A program made the translations under genes and the position numbers. 40,802 bases of DNA from a bacterium (GTDB lineage Bacteria; CLD3; SB21), in contig JAEUSJ010000002.1 in assembly GCA_016788215.1 (NCBI GenBank), positions 1 to 40,802 on the forward strand. The letters run 5' to 3'. The notes beneath the pieces were generated by a model. That model was given only the letters and a program-made list of their open reading frames with translations. It was not told the DNA's origin and did no database searches. Shown here piece after piece: positions 20,656-30,458 of the stretch. Position 1 is the first letter of the stretch. Every line of letters starts with the position of its first letter.

Positions 20656-23600
20656 ATGATAAAGTGGATTGTTGTTTTGGCTTTGTTTCTATTCGGCGCT
20701 ATGGAAATAACAGCAGGCGAAGATGCTTATTATGAGCAACAAGAAAATTCAGCGTTTATGGAAACAGATGAAGCTGGCCTTTCAATAATAAACTGGCAGT
20801 ACGCCAACGTTCATGATGTTTTCGTCACTAGCACACCAAACACTCCGAGCTCTTATACTTGGCATGAAGAAACCAATTTGAAGCAAGGTGTTTGGGTCAG
20901 CCTGATTTCGGTGAAAAACACAGATATTTATCTTCAACAGAATAACGGATGGATGAGGTTTAACACTTTACGCTATGGATTGTTTGTTAGACTTGAAGCA
21001 AAATATGATGGAGGAAGTTGGACGACACTTGTCAACAACAAAACAACAGATGCAAGTAAATGGATACAACCCCCTTTTATTGGTCAACTCGGTCAACATA
21101 CTCTTGAACTGCGATGGTGGGACGTTGGGAACGTCATACATTACAGGTCTCACACAGTGAACATTGTTCCTGCAGCACAAAAGCTATATTTAGATAACTA
21201 TGGTAATAAATTAACACTTTGGGATGGTGGATCCAATGGTCTTCCAATTCTCCTATCCGAAGGTATCGATCCATACAATACTAGTGGCGCAGAACGTTTA
21301 CGATATGTTGGAAGCGACTTAACTTCTCAGTTGCTCCAAAGGGGTGGAAGAATCTACCTCCTGAATTATCGATGGGGCGGCCAGAGCCTCAGAAATAATG
21401 CAGCCGTTTTCAACTCAGCAGTGCAAAAAATTTCCGTACTCAACTCGAATAAGAAAATCATAGCCTCTGGCATGAGTATGGGAGGAGTCATTGCGAGATA
21501 CGCTTTAGCCAAGGCAGAAGGTTCCACGAGTCCGCTCAACGTTCTTAAATTCGTTTCGATTGATGCGCCGCAACAAGGTGCAAACGTTCACGCATCCCTG
21601 CAGCGATTTATTAAAGATCCTCCAGATTGTGGTCCTTTTGAATCCAGTTCTAAATTATTTGGCACATATGGGATGAGTTGTGATGCAGCCAAGCAGCTAT
21701 TAAATTACTCAGCATTTGATGATGGAACCGCTCACTCGTCATTTTTTAATGAACTCAATCAACTGAATGGAGACGGCTATCCGCACATAACAAAAAATAT
21801 TGCAATATCATTCTCAAACGGCTATATCAATCCAAATCCCATGGGCGCATTGTATATGAAGGTAAGATGGACTGGTGTAGCAGGAACCGATATTTGTGGA
21901 TTTGAGAAGTCTTTTTATTTGGAATCAGCCCTGACGGTAGCAGGGTCCTACTTACCGAAATCTATTACCGACGCGCCGTATAAACAGGTTTACTGGGGAG
22001 GCATTACCGTTAACAGGCAGTGCGATGCAACTTTTATCCCATACACGAGTGCTCTCGATCTGGTCAATGGTCAGTCAAAATTCAATATGACAATGACGGC
22101 ATCAGTTAAAAACTACTATCATGACGAGATACCACCCGAACTCGTGTCGCCGATAGCAAATGAGATACTTCCAGTCCAACCTTTGACAGTCTCCATCGAA
22201 GGTCCCTCATGCCTCTATAAATATACAACCGGCACATGGTATGCAGACGCATCAGGCGGGACAGGCTCTTATACTTATCAGTGGATAAAAGACGGCATGC
22301 AGATTGGAACCGGTTCATCGGTGTCAACAGGCGGTATTTACTTTACATTGACCGTGATTGTTACCAGTGGCTCGCAGAGCACATCCAGAAGTGTCGTTGT
22401 TTCTGAATGTACTGGCGGCGGTGGAGGCTGTCCTTTCCTTTTTGTCAAGACCGATGACGGTTTCACGATTGACAATAACCTGCTACACAGGTCTGAATTT
22501 GCAGAAAATCGCGGTAAAGATATTACTGACCTTTATAAACTAAACGTCCTGCCTAAAAAAGAAAATAATCGTTACAAACTAGCCATCAAAGAATTAAACA
22601 AGGATCACAGCTATTTCGATCAAATCAAGCTTTATGCAGTCGATCATCCGGCAGGAACTGAACTGGCGGTTACCGAGAATAATGATATAGTGGTTTTTGA
22701 TCCCAATACGGTTACTTCGACTAATGACGCAAAAATATATGAACAGTCTCATACCAATTATCTCCAATTCTCGCCGACTCGGAGCGGTATTAGCGGTGTC
22801 AAAAAACAATCATTGTACCTATCTTTTCCGAGTCACATCAACAATGTGCAGGCATTTACTAACCTGAAGAATACTCTTGGGAATAGCCAAGACAAAGACA
22901 GCACAGCAATCATTATGGATCCAAGCGCTGTTTCCGCACAACAATTGCCCAAAGAAATTGCCGCAGTTATTCAATATGGCAACTCCTCCAGTAACATCGC
23001 TACGATTGCACGTCGTGAAAGCAAGTCCGTTGTCGTTGTTCCCGTTGATCAAAGTCTCTTGTCTGAAGGTATCAGTATGAACTGGAATCGTGATTTTAGT
23101 CTGGGATATGCCGGTGTGACCAAAGTCTTGTATGGAGGATACCGCAAACAAGAGCTTACACTATTGTCAGCGAATCATTCAGCCACAGGCAACGTGAAAC
23201 AGTCATTGCTAATTGCAGACAAAAAATTTGCAGAATTGGATAAACTTGAAAGTATTGATCTGGAGTTTGATGCAGGTGACAAGATTAAATCCGGTTGGGT
23301 ACGGGATTTTGTTATTGAGGTGGTAGGACGTTACGAATTACAAACATCAAATTTATCAAAAGCTGGCGTTTCACTTAAGAAAACGGAATCTGAAAAAGCA
23401 ACTTTAAAGGTACCAACGTATTTTGAATTAGGTAATAATTATCCTAATCCGTTTAATCCAACGACCACGATTCAATATGCATTGCCCAGATCGGTTAGAG
23501 TAAGCTTGAAGGTGTATGATATACTTGGTAGAGAAGTGGCAGACTTGGTAAATGAAAACCAACCTGCTGGAACTTATAATGTGAACTTCGACGCTTCAAA

Positions 23601-23679
23601 ATTTGCATCAGGGGTTTATATATACCGCTTAGAAGCTGGTGAATATATAGGATCAAGAAGAATGTTGCTTGTGAAATAG
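20656..23679 (+). CDS. T9SS-sorted multidomain secreted protein: N-terminal domain, lipase-like alpha/beta hydrolase, PKD-like Ig domain, unassigned module and T9SS C-terminal domain
   Basis: 1007 aa.
- Signal peptide: MIKWIVVLALFLFGAMEITAGE.
- GxSxG nucleophile elbow: IASGMSMGGVIARYAL, with the Ser codon at 21475-21477.
- PKD-like segment: ADASGGTGSYTYQWIKDG.
- Gly5-Cys junction at 22414-22431.
- C-terminal sorting domain (23416-23676): NYPNPFNPTTTIQYALP...VYDILGREV...GTYNVNFDASKFASGVYIYRLEAG...RRMLLVK.
- RBS-like GGAAAGGA upstream of the start. Confidence 0.8.
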   Translation: MIKWIVVLALFLFGAMEITAGEDAYYEQQENSAFMETDEAGLSIINWQYANVHDVFVTSTPNTPSSYTWHEETNLKQGVWVSLISVKNTDIYLQQNNGWMRFNTLRYGLFVRLEAKYDGGSWTTLVNNKTTDASKWIQPPFIGQLGQHTLELRWWDVGNVIHYRSHTVNIVPAAQKLYLDNYGNKLTLWDGGSNGLPILLSEGIDPYNTSGAERLRYVGSDLTSQLLQRGGRIYLLNYRWGGQSLRNNAAVFNSAVQKISVLNSNKKIIASGMSMGGVIARYALAKAEGSTSPLNVLKFVSIDAPQQGANVHASLQRFIKDPPDCGPFESSSKLFGTYGMSCDAAKQLLNYSAFDDGTAHSSFFNELNQLNGDGYPHITKNIAISFSNGYINPNPMGALYMKVRWTGVAGTDICGFEKSFYLESALTVAGSYLPKSITDAPYKQVYWGGITVNRQCDATFIPYTSALDLVNGQSKFNMTMTASVKNYYHDEIPPELVSPIANEILPVQPLTVSIEGPSCLYKYTTGTWYADASGGTGSYTYQWIKDGMQIGTGSSVSTGGIYFTLTVIVTSGSQSTSRSVVVSECTGGGGGCPFLFVKTDDGFTIDNNLLHRSEFAENRGKDITDLYKLNVLPKKENNRYKLAIKELNKDHSYFDQIKLYAVDHPAGTELAVTENNDIVVFDPNTVTSTNDAKIYEQSHTNYLQFSPTRSGISGVKKQSLYLSFPSHINNVQAFTNLKNTLGNSQDKDSTAIIMDPSAVSAQQLPKEIAAVIQYGNSSSNIATIARRESKSVVVVPVDQSLLSEGISMNWNRDFSLGYAGVTKVLYGGYRKQELTLLSANHSATGNVKQSLLIADKKFAELDKLESIDLEFDAGDKIKSGWVRDFVIEVVGRYELQTSNLSKAGVSLKKTESEKATLKVPTYFELGNNYPNPFNPTTTIQYALPRSVRVSLKVYDILGREVADLVNENQPAGTYNVNFDASKFASGVYIYRLEAGEYIGSRRMLLVK

Positions 23680-23747
23680 TGATTTTATAACATGGAACTT
23701 TTCTAAAATGCTGGAGTTCTAATTTTTTTATAACATGGGAGTATTTC

Positions 23748-24290
23748 GTGAATACACGGTTCACTATAATAAATATGATTCTAGTGTTTTACGTTGGGGC
23801 ATGTTCTAATGATAATAATCAGATCAACTTCAACCTAAGGGGAACAGTAAATGTTCCCGACTCCTTGAAGGCTTATCCCGTAGGAGTTGCAACCTTGCTC
23901 GATCAGTTTGATGAAGTGGCGTCTACCAATAATAGCGACACCGTGACATCGTTTTACATACCGCCTCCGGTCTTCAACACGAAAGTTATCCTGAAAGCAG
24001 ATTCTTTAAGCAGACACTTCAAAATTCAGTTGCCGAATGCGTCAAGCTTCCAATCCGATTTGCTAAGACACATTGTTGTAATCAGTTGGATTGATAAAAA
24101 TTTAGATGGCGAGTTTGACTGGCCTTATGAGGCAGGTAGATTTCCTTTCAAAAATTTTGTTAATTCTGACAGTTGCCTCACTATAAGAATGTTTTTAAAC
24201 AACGATAACGATTCATATTCATTTATTTGCAATAACGATACTTTGTCATTAGATAGTATTGGCTATGATGGATTTGAATTCTTTTTTTAA
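23748..24290 (+). CDS. Hypothetical small lipoprotein
   Basis: 180 aa. GTG start, with an alternative ATG at 23775. Lipobox: VFYVGACSND. I recognised no family. The gene sits in an AT-rich region directly after the T9SS cargo gene. Confidence 0.55.
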   Translation: MNTRFTIINMILVFYVGACSNDNNQINFNLRGTVNVPDSLKAYPVGVATLLDQFDEVASTNNSDTVTSFYIPPPVFNTKVILKADSLSRHFKIQLPNASSFQSDLLRHIVVISWIDKNLDGEFDWPYEAGRFPFKNFVNSDSCLTIRMFLNNDNDSYSFICNNDTLSLDSIGYDGFEFFF

Positions 24291-24303
24291 AATATCGCCA
24301 CGG

Positions 24304-24717
24304 ATGCTCTTCCTTTACTTTGGTATTTGGCCTTTTTTCATACTCTCCATGATTTTGGGTTGCGAAGACCCTCAAATGAGGATTACTGCGCAGCTACTAA
24401 GCTCTACAGAGTGGCAGGAGAAATTTTTCAATTATGAAAGTGGCCGAAGTTACATCAAGTTCGTGGACGATGGAAAGACAGGCACTTATTATCAAGCAAC
24501 GAGCCAGGGATGTTTTTACTGTATAGATTTTACTTATTCAAACGATTCGATCTTATTTGAAGGCCATCACAAGATACGTTACTCAATCACCGCTTCGGGA
24601 TTAATCATCCACATTCCTTATCTCGACCCACTTAATGATGTGACAAAACCTGTTGAATTTGTAAGTACTAATTTAGACACTCTTGACCTCTTGGAATGCA
24701 CTCCGGAAAACTTCTAG
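24304..24717 (+). CDS. Hypothetical small lipoprotein
   Basis: The ORF track starts at 24259 and overlaps the previous gene by 32 nt. The ATG at 24304 gives a clean signal peptide with a lipobox (MLFLYFGIWPFFILSMILGCEDP) and sits 13 nt after the upstream stop, so I prefer it. I recognised no family. Confidence 0.5.
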   Translation: MLFLYFGIWPFFILSMILGCEDPQMRITAQLLSSTEWQEKFFNYESGRSYIKFVDDGKTGTYYQATSQGCFYCIDFTYSNDSILFEGHHKIRYSITASGLIIHIPYLDPLNDVTKPVEFVSTNLDTLDLLECTPENF

Positions 24718-24902
24718 CCAGATTTAAAGCCTTAACCGCCAATCTCATTCCGAGAGATCGAAGTAAAGTTATATGTTTTGGTCTTTGAAATGACTTTAAT
24801 ATATTTGTTTGAGCATTGAGTAATAAATAATCTGAAATTGATGTAAGGTCAACGGAGTTACAAGTATATCAAAAAAAAATATTCATTGATCATTGTTAAT
24901 TG

Positions 24903-26588
24903 CTAGTATCCTTCTGCCCATCCGTATCTGCGCGTATCGGCCTCTCCGTAAATCAACCCGGTAACGGGATCAATCCATATCGAATGGGCATCTCCTAAGT
25001 TAGTAACCTCCAATATATTATGTCCCTTTGATCTCAAATCGTCAACTGTTTTTACCCTCCACCTGTTTTTTTCTATTGTTACCCGATCCGGCATCCATGT
25101 TTGATTCAAGCGGGGATAATCAACGGCCTCGCGTAAAGTTAATTTGTAATCAACAACACCGATTAGGACTTGTAAAACTGTATTGATAATGGTTTTACCT
25201 CCGGGAGAACCTGTTATCAAAAACGGCTTGCCATTTTTTAAGACAATCGTTGGTGCCATAGAACTTAACATACGCTTGCCAGGTTCGATGAGGTTGGGAC
25301 TGTTTCCTTTTTGATTTTTTAGAACGGGCACATCCGGCTGAACATTGAAATCATGCATCTCATTATTTAAAAGAAAGCCCAGCCCTTTTACCACCGCGCC
25401 TGAACCAAACCATTCTTCTATGGTATAGGTATTGGAAACCACATTCCCGTCCGTGTCTGCGACAGAAAAGTGGGTCGTTTCCATGGACTCTTCGGGATCA
25501 TAAATATCCTGACTCAATTTCTCGCTTGGAGTTGATTTGGTTTTATCTATGGCCATCGCGAGGTCTTTTGCGTAGCCTTTTGAAATTAGCTTATCCACCG
25601 GCATTTTTATGAAATCCGCATCACCCAAAAAACGCACACGGTCAAAATAAGCCCGTCGCATAGACTCGGTCATGATATGCAATGACTCGGGATCGTCTTG
25701 CTTCAGTTCAAAATTCTCAAGGATGTTGAGTATCTCCGTTAACACGACCCCGGCCGACGACGGCGGCGGCATACCGAGAATCTCATAATCGCGATATGTT
25801 CCCGCAATCGGTTTCCGGATCACCGCCTGATAATTTTTCAGGTCGTCTTCGGTCCATATTCCGCCGTTATTCGACACATCCTCCACCATAGCCTTTGCAA
25901 GCGCTCCTTCATAAAACGCAAGCGCTCCCCCCTCTGCAATGATGCGGAGTGTCCTGGCAAGATCTCTTTGAATCAAAAGTTCCCCGGCCCGATACGCCTC
26001 GCCATTTGCTTTGAAAAAAATTCGTTTTGTCTCATCGAATCTTGATAACTCAAACCGGCTGGATTCCAGATAGTCGGCAAATTGTGGGCTTAACTGGAAA
26101 CCATTTTCCGCAAGAATCACAGCGGGCATGACCAATTCTTTCCAAGGCAATTTTCCGTACTTTTTCCATGCGGCTTCCAGTCCCCGCACGGTGCCAGGAA
26201 TACCCGCTACGAGATAACCGTAGTTGCTCGAAACCGTATCCACCGAGCCGTCTGAATTCAGAAACATCCGTGCATGTGATTTAATGGGCGCTTTTTCGCG
26301 GTAATCAATAGCCGCCGATTCGCCATTTTTCATTCGAATCAGCATAAAGCCGCCGCCACCAATATTACCGGCCTGCGGATAAGTGACGGCTAAAACAAAC
26401 GCCGTTGCTACTGCCGCGTCAACGGCATTGCCGCCTTTTTTAAGAATGGCAACGCCTGCCTTGGAGGCGAATTCATCTACAGAAACCACCGCGCCCTTTT
26501 TTGCGATCACCGACTTCTGTTGCGCTGAAATATCCGGTAACGCAATAGTCAGAATAACTAAAACAAACAGGCAAAATCGACAGGACAT
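24903..26588 (-). CDS. ggt: Gamma-glutamyltranspeptidase
   Basis: 561 aa with a signal peptide. It has the autoprocessing/nucleophile site ETTHFSVADTDGN, TGSPGGKTIINTV, and the overall Ntn-hydrolase GGT pattern (GGNAVDAAVA..., GGGGFMLI). Confidence 0.92.
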   Translation of the reverse strand: MSCRFCLFVLVILTIALPDISAQQKSVIAKKGAVVSVDEFASKAGVAILKKGGNAVDAAVATAFVLAVTYPQAGNIGGGGFMLIRMKNGESAAIDYREKAPIKSHARMFLNSDGSVDTVSSNYGYLVAGIPGTVRGLEAAWKKYGKLPWKELVMPAVILAENGFQLSPQFADYLESSRFELSRFDETKRIFFKANGEAYRAGELLIQRDLARTLRIIAEGGALAFYEGALAKAMVEDVSNNGGIWTEDDLKNYQAVIRKPIAGTYRDYEILGMPPPSSAGVVLTEILNILENFELKQDDPESLHIMTESMRRAYFDRVRFLGDADFIKMPVDKLISKGYAKDLAMAIDKTKSTPSEKLSQDIYDPEESMETTHFSVADTDGNVVSNTYTIEEWFGSGAVVKGLGFLLNNEMHDFNVQPDVPVLKNQKGNSPNLIEPGKRMLSSMAPTIVLKNGKPFLITGSPGGKTIINTVLQVLIGVVDYKLTLREAVDYPRLNQTWMPDRVTIEKNRWRVKTVDDLRSKGHNILEVTNLGDAHSIWIDPVTGLIYGEADTRRYGWAEGY

Positions 26589-26682
26589 TATGCTTTTCTT
26601 TCAGATTGGATTTTTAACCCGATAGTTGTATTTTATCATATAAAAACTCCAACCTCAAGAAATTTATAAACATGATAAAGAT

Positions 26683-27534
26683 ATGAACAAGCAGGAAATG
26701 ATATCCGCGGTTGAATCACTGTATAATTTGTCGCTTGATGAAATTAAGATCAAAAAAAATGACGCGCTGGAAGTCTTTTATAATTTCAAAAAAATGCTCA
26801 ATAGCGGCGACATTCGCGCGGCAGAAAAAATTGATGGACGCTGGCATGTTAATCAGTGGGTAAAAAAAGGTATCTTACTTGGATTTAGGATCGGTAATTT
26901 GTCGGACATGTCCATTGACGGGCGTTTCCGTTTTTTTGATAAAGATACGTATCCGTTAAAAAATTTGGTTGTGAAGGATAACGTACGATTGGTTCCCGGC
27001 GGAAGCAGTATCCGCGACGGATGTTACGTTTCACCGCAAACGGTGATCATGCCCCCCGCCTACATCAATGTCGGCGCGTATGTGGACACCGGAACGCTCA
27101 TTGATTCCCATGCGCTTGTCGGCTCCTGCGCGCAACTTGGAAAAAATATACATCTGAGCGCCGCGGCGCAAATCGGCGGTGTGTTAGAACCGATAGGCGC
27201 CATGCCGGTTATCATTGAAGACGATGTGATGATCGGGGGCAATTGCGGCATTTATGAAGGAACCATTGTGAAAACCAGAGCGGTTATCGCGGCGGGCGTG
27301 ATCCTGACCGGCGGAACACCCGTTTATGATCTGGTCACTAGTTCCGTCTACCGTAAAACAAAAGAAGAACCTCTCATTATTCCGGAAGGTGCGGTGGTCG
27401 TGGCGGGTACGCGCCCCATTGTATCCAATATTTTTGCAAGAGAAAAAAACTTATCATTGTATACGCCAATAATTATCAAGTACCGGGATGAGAAGACGGA
27501 TGTCTCGACGGCGTTGGAAGATATGCTGCGATAA
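26683..27534 (+). CDS. dapD: 2,3,4,5-tetrahydropyridine-2,6-dicarboxylate N-succinyltransferase
   Basis: 283 aa. The N-terminal helical domain is followed by left-handed beta-helix hexapeptide repeats ([44 protein letters not shown]...[20 protein letters not shown]). Confidence 0.88.
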   Translation: MNKQEMISAVESLYNLSLDEIKIKKNDALEVFYNFKKMLNSGDIRAAEKIDGRWHVNQWVKKGILLGFRIGNLSDMSIDGRFRFFDKDTYPLKNLVVKDNVRLVPGGSSIRDGCYVSPQTVIMPPAYINVGAYVDTGTLIDSHALVGSCAQLGKNIHLSAAAQIGGVLEPIGAMPVIIEDDVMIGGNCGIYEGTIVKTRAVIAAGVILTGGTPVYDLVTSSVYRKTKEEPLIIPEGAVVVAGTRPIVSNIFAREKNLSLYTPIIIKYRDEKTDVSTALEDMLR

Positions 27535-27631
27535 AACAATTCGTGATGTTAGGTCACAAATGACGGGAAATGGACGGAGTTAGTCAGGCCGGATCTCTTT
27601 GTATTACGAGCGCTTATTAAATCAAAATCGT

Positions 27632-28120
27632 TCAAATACCCGCCGCTTTCAACAAATTCAAGAATCGTTCCTTGTTCTGAAGCCCAACATTACGGCTGAC
27701 TATTTTTCCGTTTTTATCAATAATTACGGTCGTAGGAAATGCCTGAATCTGAAATTGTTTTGCAAAGGCGTCGTCGCCGTACCATGTGGGATAATTGATC
27801 TGCAGTTGATCAACAATTGGTTTGGCAGCCTCCGGCGATTGCGACTCCAGCAGAACACCCAAGACAACCACATTCCTGTCCTTGTATTCCGCATGTATCT
27901 CTTTCAAATCTGGAATTTCCTTGATACAAGGAGCGCACCAGGTTGCCCAAACATTAAGCAGTACCGTTTTGCCTCTGTATTCAGACAGTTTTACAGAATT
28001 CCCATCAAGGTCTGTAATGGAGAAATCAACTGCTCCGTCCAAACCGGCTTCCTTTTTGCCGCATGAGGAAATGGAGATCGTCATGAAAATAATCGCCGTA
28101 GCAAAAAACATTTGTTTCAT
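27632..28120 (-). CDS. TlpA-family thiol:disulfide oxidoreductase lipoprotein (thioredoxin fold)
   Basis: 162 aa. Lipobox: ISISSCGKK. Active site: WATWCAPC. A 13-nt gap separates it from the dsbD-like gene upstream. Confidence 0.85.
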   Translation of the reverse strand: MKQMFFATAIIFMTISISSCGKKEAGLDGAVDFSITDLDGNSVKLSEYRGKTVLLNVWATWCAPCIKEIPDLKEIHAEYKDRNVVVLGVLLESQSPEAAKPIVDQLQINYPTWYGDDAFAKQFQIQAFPTTVIIDKNGKIVSRNVGLQNKERFLNLLKAAGI

Positions 28121-28133
28121 GTTGTCCTTTATT

Positions 28134-30140
28134 TCAATTTTTCCTTATATCTGCCGTAATTTTCATTTTCTCCAAACCGTCTTTCAGAAACATTTTAAAA
28201 ATCTCCGGATTTCTCTCCAGCCCCCCGAAAGTTGCCAGCACATTTTCTTCAGGATCAATGATTACATAAAAGGGTAAGGCAACGCTGCCGACTAATTTTT
28301 GCTGTAACTCCTGATTCATTTCCTGTGACTCACCGAAGTCCGTCCATAATCGCGACAAGACCATTTGATCAAAAAGCTTATCCACGTCTTCTCTTACAAA
28401 TATTGTTTTTTCCATCAAACGGCAATTGGTACATGTCTTCCCGGTAAAATCGATGAAAAGCGGTTTACCCGTTTCGCGCGCGCGCGCCAGCGCTGCAGGA
28501 TAATTTTCGATCCATTCGTTTTCGTCCGTTTCTGCTGATGAGCGCACACTATGAATCGCTCCATAATCTGCCGGCGGGAGATAGGAATCAAGATCGGCCT
28601 GCAATGGATGTCCAAAAAGCCCGGAAAGCAGATACGTTGTTAAACTTAAAAAGAATATTCCTAGACCTGTTCTGCCGGCGCCGACCGAATCCACCGTATC
28701 GTCTTCTGAAAATTTGATTTTTCCGATTAAATAGAAACCCGAGATGCCAAACAATACGATCCATATAGAAAGAAGCACCGGCCGCGTTAAGATTTGTGTA
28801 TCCCAAACGAGATCAACATTACTGAAGAACTTGAACGCAGCAGCAACTTCTATGAACGCCATTACTATCTTAGTGGCATGCAGCCAGCTTCCGCTTTTTG
28901 GCATGTTAGCGAGATATTGCGGAAAAAGAGATAAAAAGAAAAAAGGCGCTGAGAAGGCCGTGGCAAAACATAACATACCGATCACGGGTAAAAACCATTC
29001 TCCGTTTGCCGAGGCAACCATTAGAAGGCCGAGAAACTGAACCGTGCAGGTAAAGGAAACCAAAGTGAACGTCACTCCGGCAAACAACGTTCCGATCGTG
29101 CGCCCGGTGTCGCTGTGCTGCTGAGAAAAATTTACAATAAACGACGGCAGCCGTATTTCAAAAACACCGAACAGGCTCAAAGCAAAAACGACAAATAATA
29201 CCCCGATAGTCATATTGACCCACACATTTGCGGCGAAATTTTGCGCGCCGGATGCACCAAGAATCAATGACATGAGCCAGCCAAATAGAGCAAACGAAAC
29301 TATGATTCCGAGAATGTAAACAATCGATTGTTTGATCGCCTGAAATCTCGACGTTGCCGAATGTTTCGTAAAATACGATACCGTAATCGGAATCATTGGA
29401 AATACGCAAGGCGTCAATAACGCAAGAAAGCCCGTCAGAAATGCCAAACCGATAAATGAAGCCAGTGACTCACTACGCAGCGATTCATACGAAGCAGTTC
29501 GCTCCAAAACTGTTTTATCTGAACTTTCGATAGCCAAATTTCCTTTAACAAACGACAAAACGGTATCTTTAATAGCCGATTGGTCATTATAGATCAGTTT
29601 ATCATTCTGAGCGTCGTTTTTTGTAACGGTGGCAGCGGCTTGATTTATTTTCTGGGAAGCGGAAATGACAGATAGCGGAATCGAATACGTTGCTTTGACG
29701 GTTTTCGGCGGGAGACAGTAAGACTCCGTGCAAGCCTGATAACGAAATTCCACACCGATCATATCGCCGGTATTTAACGGCCCCGTGATATCGAGCAGCT
29801 GTTTGAAGACCACCGTCCCCGAATGCCATGTTACGTCGATTCCAAATCCTTCATCAAAATGCTTTTTCCCTTTCGGGCTGATCAAATCGCCGGACAACTT
29901 GATGTTGGCAGGCAAATGCGTTACCACGGTCGTCGGAACCGGACCTTCCAGTTGTTCAACACCGTAGATATGATATTGCGGGTCAATTACCGCTGTAACG
30001 TCAAGTGTAAAAGCCGCTGCATCAACTGAGCTTAAATTCAAACTGAGTTTTACTGTCTGTGGTTGCTGGCCGTTAATTTCAGATTGAACAAAAAAAGTTG
30101 TCACAATTAGAAAAAATATGAGCCTGAAAGAAGTTCGCAT
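28134..30140 (-). CDS. dsbD: DsbD-type thiol:disulfide interchange protein (N-terminal alpha domain, membrane core and C-terminal thioredoxin domain)
   Basis: 668 aa with a signal peptide. The N-terminal domain has YQACTESYCLPP. The membrane core has LLTPCVFPMIP and a second Cys-containing helix (SFTCTVQF). The C-terminal thioredoxin-like motif is FTGKTCTNCRLME. Confidence 0.85.
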   Translation of the reverse strand: MRTSFRLIFFLIVTTFFVQSEINGQQPQTVKLSLNLSSVDAAAFTLDVTAVIDPQYHIYGVEQLEGPVPTTVVTHLPANIKLSGDLISPKGKKHFDEGFGIDVTWHSGTVVFKQLLDITGPLNTGDMIGVEFRYQACTESYCLPPKTVKATYSIPLSVISASQKINQAAATVTKNDAQNDKLIYNDQSAIKDTVLSFVKGNLAIESSDKTVLERTASYESLRSESLASFIGLAFLTGFLALLTPCVFPMIPITVSYFTKHSATSRFQAIKQSIVYILGIIVSFALFGWLMSLILGASGAQNFAANVWVNMTIGVLFVVFALSLFGVFEIRLPSFIVNFSQQHSDTGRTIGTLFAGVTFTLVSFTCTVQFLGLLMVASANGEWFLPVIGMLCFATAFSAPFFFLSLFPQYLANMPKSGSWLHATKIVMAFIEVAAAFKFFSNVDLVWDTQILTRPVLLSIWIVLFGISGFYLIGKIKFSEDDTVDSVGAGRTGLGIFFLSLTTYLLSGLFGHPLQADLDSYLPPADYGAIHSVRSSAETDENEWIENYPAALARARETGKPLFIDFTGKTCTNCRLMEKTIFVREDVDKLFDQMVLSRLWTDFGESQEMNQELQQKLVGSVALPFYVIIDPEENVLATFGGLERNPEIFKMFLKDGLEKMKITADIRKN

Positions 30141-30206
30141 ACGAACCTGAAGGTTATAAGTTAGTTGTTTCCAAATATGTCAACACGTTGCTGTTTAGAA
30201 TATTCA

Positions 30207-30458
30207 TTACAGAAATACGATTCCCTTTTCTATGTATTTTACCGTGAAAGTTACGTCGCCAACAATCTCTTTCGCATTAAGATGAACTATTTCCGGATTA
30301 TGACCATTGGCAATCACCGACTCGTGAAAAACTGCAATCCATTGGCCTGCGTAGTGTTTTGAGATCATGTCCCAGTTAGCCTTGATCCATGCTGTATCCG
30401 ATACGCCTGCCGGCGCTTTTCGCGGACGGCCTTTGATTTGTTTTTGATTCGCTTTCAT
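30207..30458 (-). CDS. Hypothetical small protein (83 aa), possibly DUF5678-like, with a basic GRPRK N-terminus
   Basis: The ORF track begins at the GTG at 30467. The ATG at 30458 is preceded by a strong GGAGG (complement of 30467-30471) at 8-nt spacing, so I prefer it. The core YAGQWIAVFHESVIANGHNPEIV resembles, from memory, the Y.G.W.A...V.A.G pattern of DUF5678 proteins. This is unverified. Confidence 0.5.
   Translation of the reverse strand: MKANQKQIKGRPRKAPAGVSDTAWIKANWDMISKHYAGQWIAVFHESVIANGHNPEIVHLNAKEIVGDVTFTVKYIEKGIVFL

Noticed and set aside
23683-23738. 13-nt direct repeat TTTTATAACATGG (23683-23695 and 23726-23738), with a weak GAACT/AGTTC hairpin and T-run between them. I considered it as an att-like site or terminator.
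   Set aside because: The repeat is short and AT-rich, and it lies inside the block rather than at its borders. No integrase or recombinase is nearby. The stem is only 5 bp, which is too weak to call a terminator.
24259-24303. 32-nt overlap of the two small lipoprotein ORFs, considered as a possible frameshifted single gene or pseudogene
   Set aside because: The second ORF has its own signal peptide with a lipobox starting at the ATG at 24304, 13 nt after the first stop. Two separate genes are the simpler reading.
24718-24902. 185-bp ORF-free convergent spacer, together with 15809-15994 and 16688-16890, checked for small RNA genes, tRNA or riboswitches
   Set aside because: I found no cloverleaf-compatible arms, no conserved riboswitch cores and no extended stems, only AT-rich sequence. 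The spacer upstream of dapD (94 nt) is too short for a lysine riboswitch, and yitJ has no leader because it overlaps uvrC.
27599-28277. Two plus-strand ORFs of 155 and 151 aa
   Set aside because: They are antisense to the TlpA-like thioredoxin gene (WATWCAPC) and to the dsbD 3' end. I treat them as shadow ORFs.
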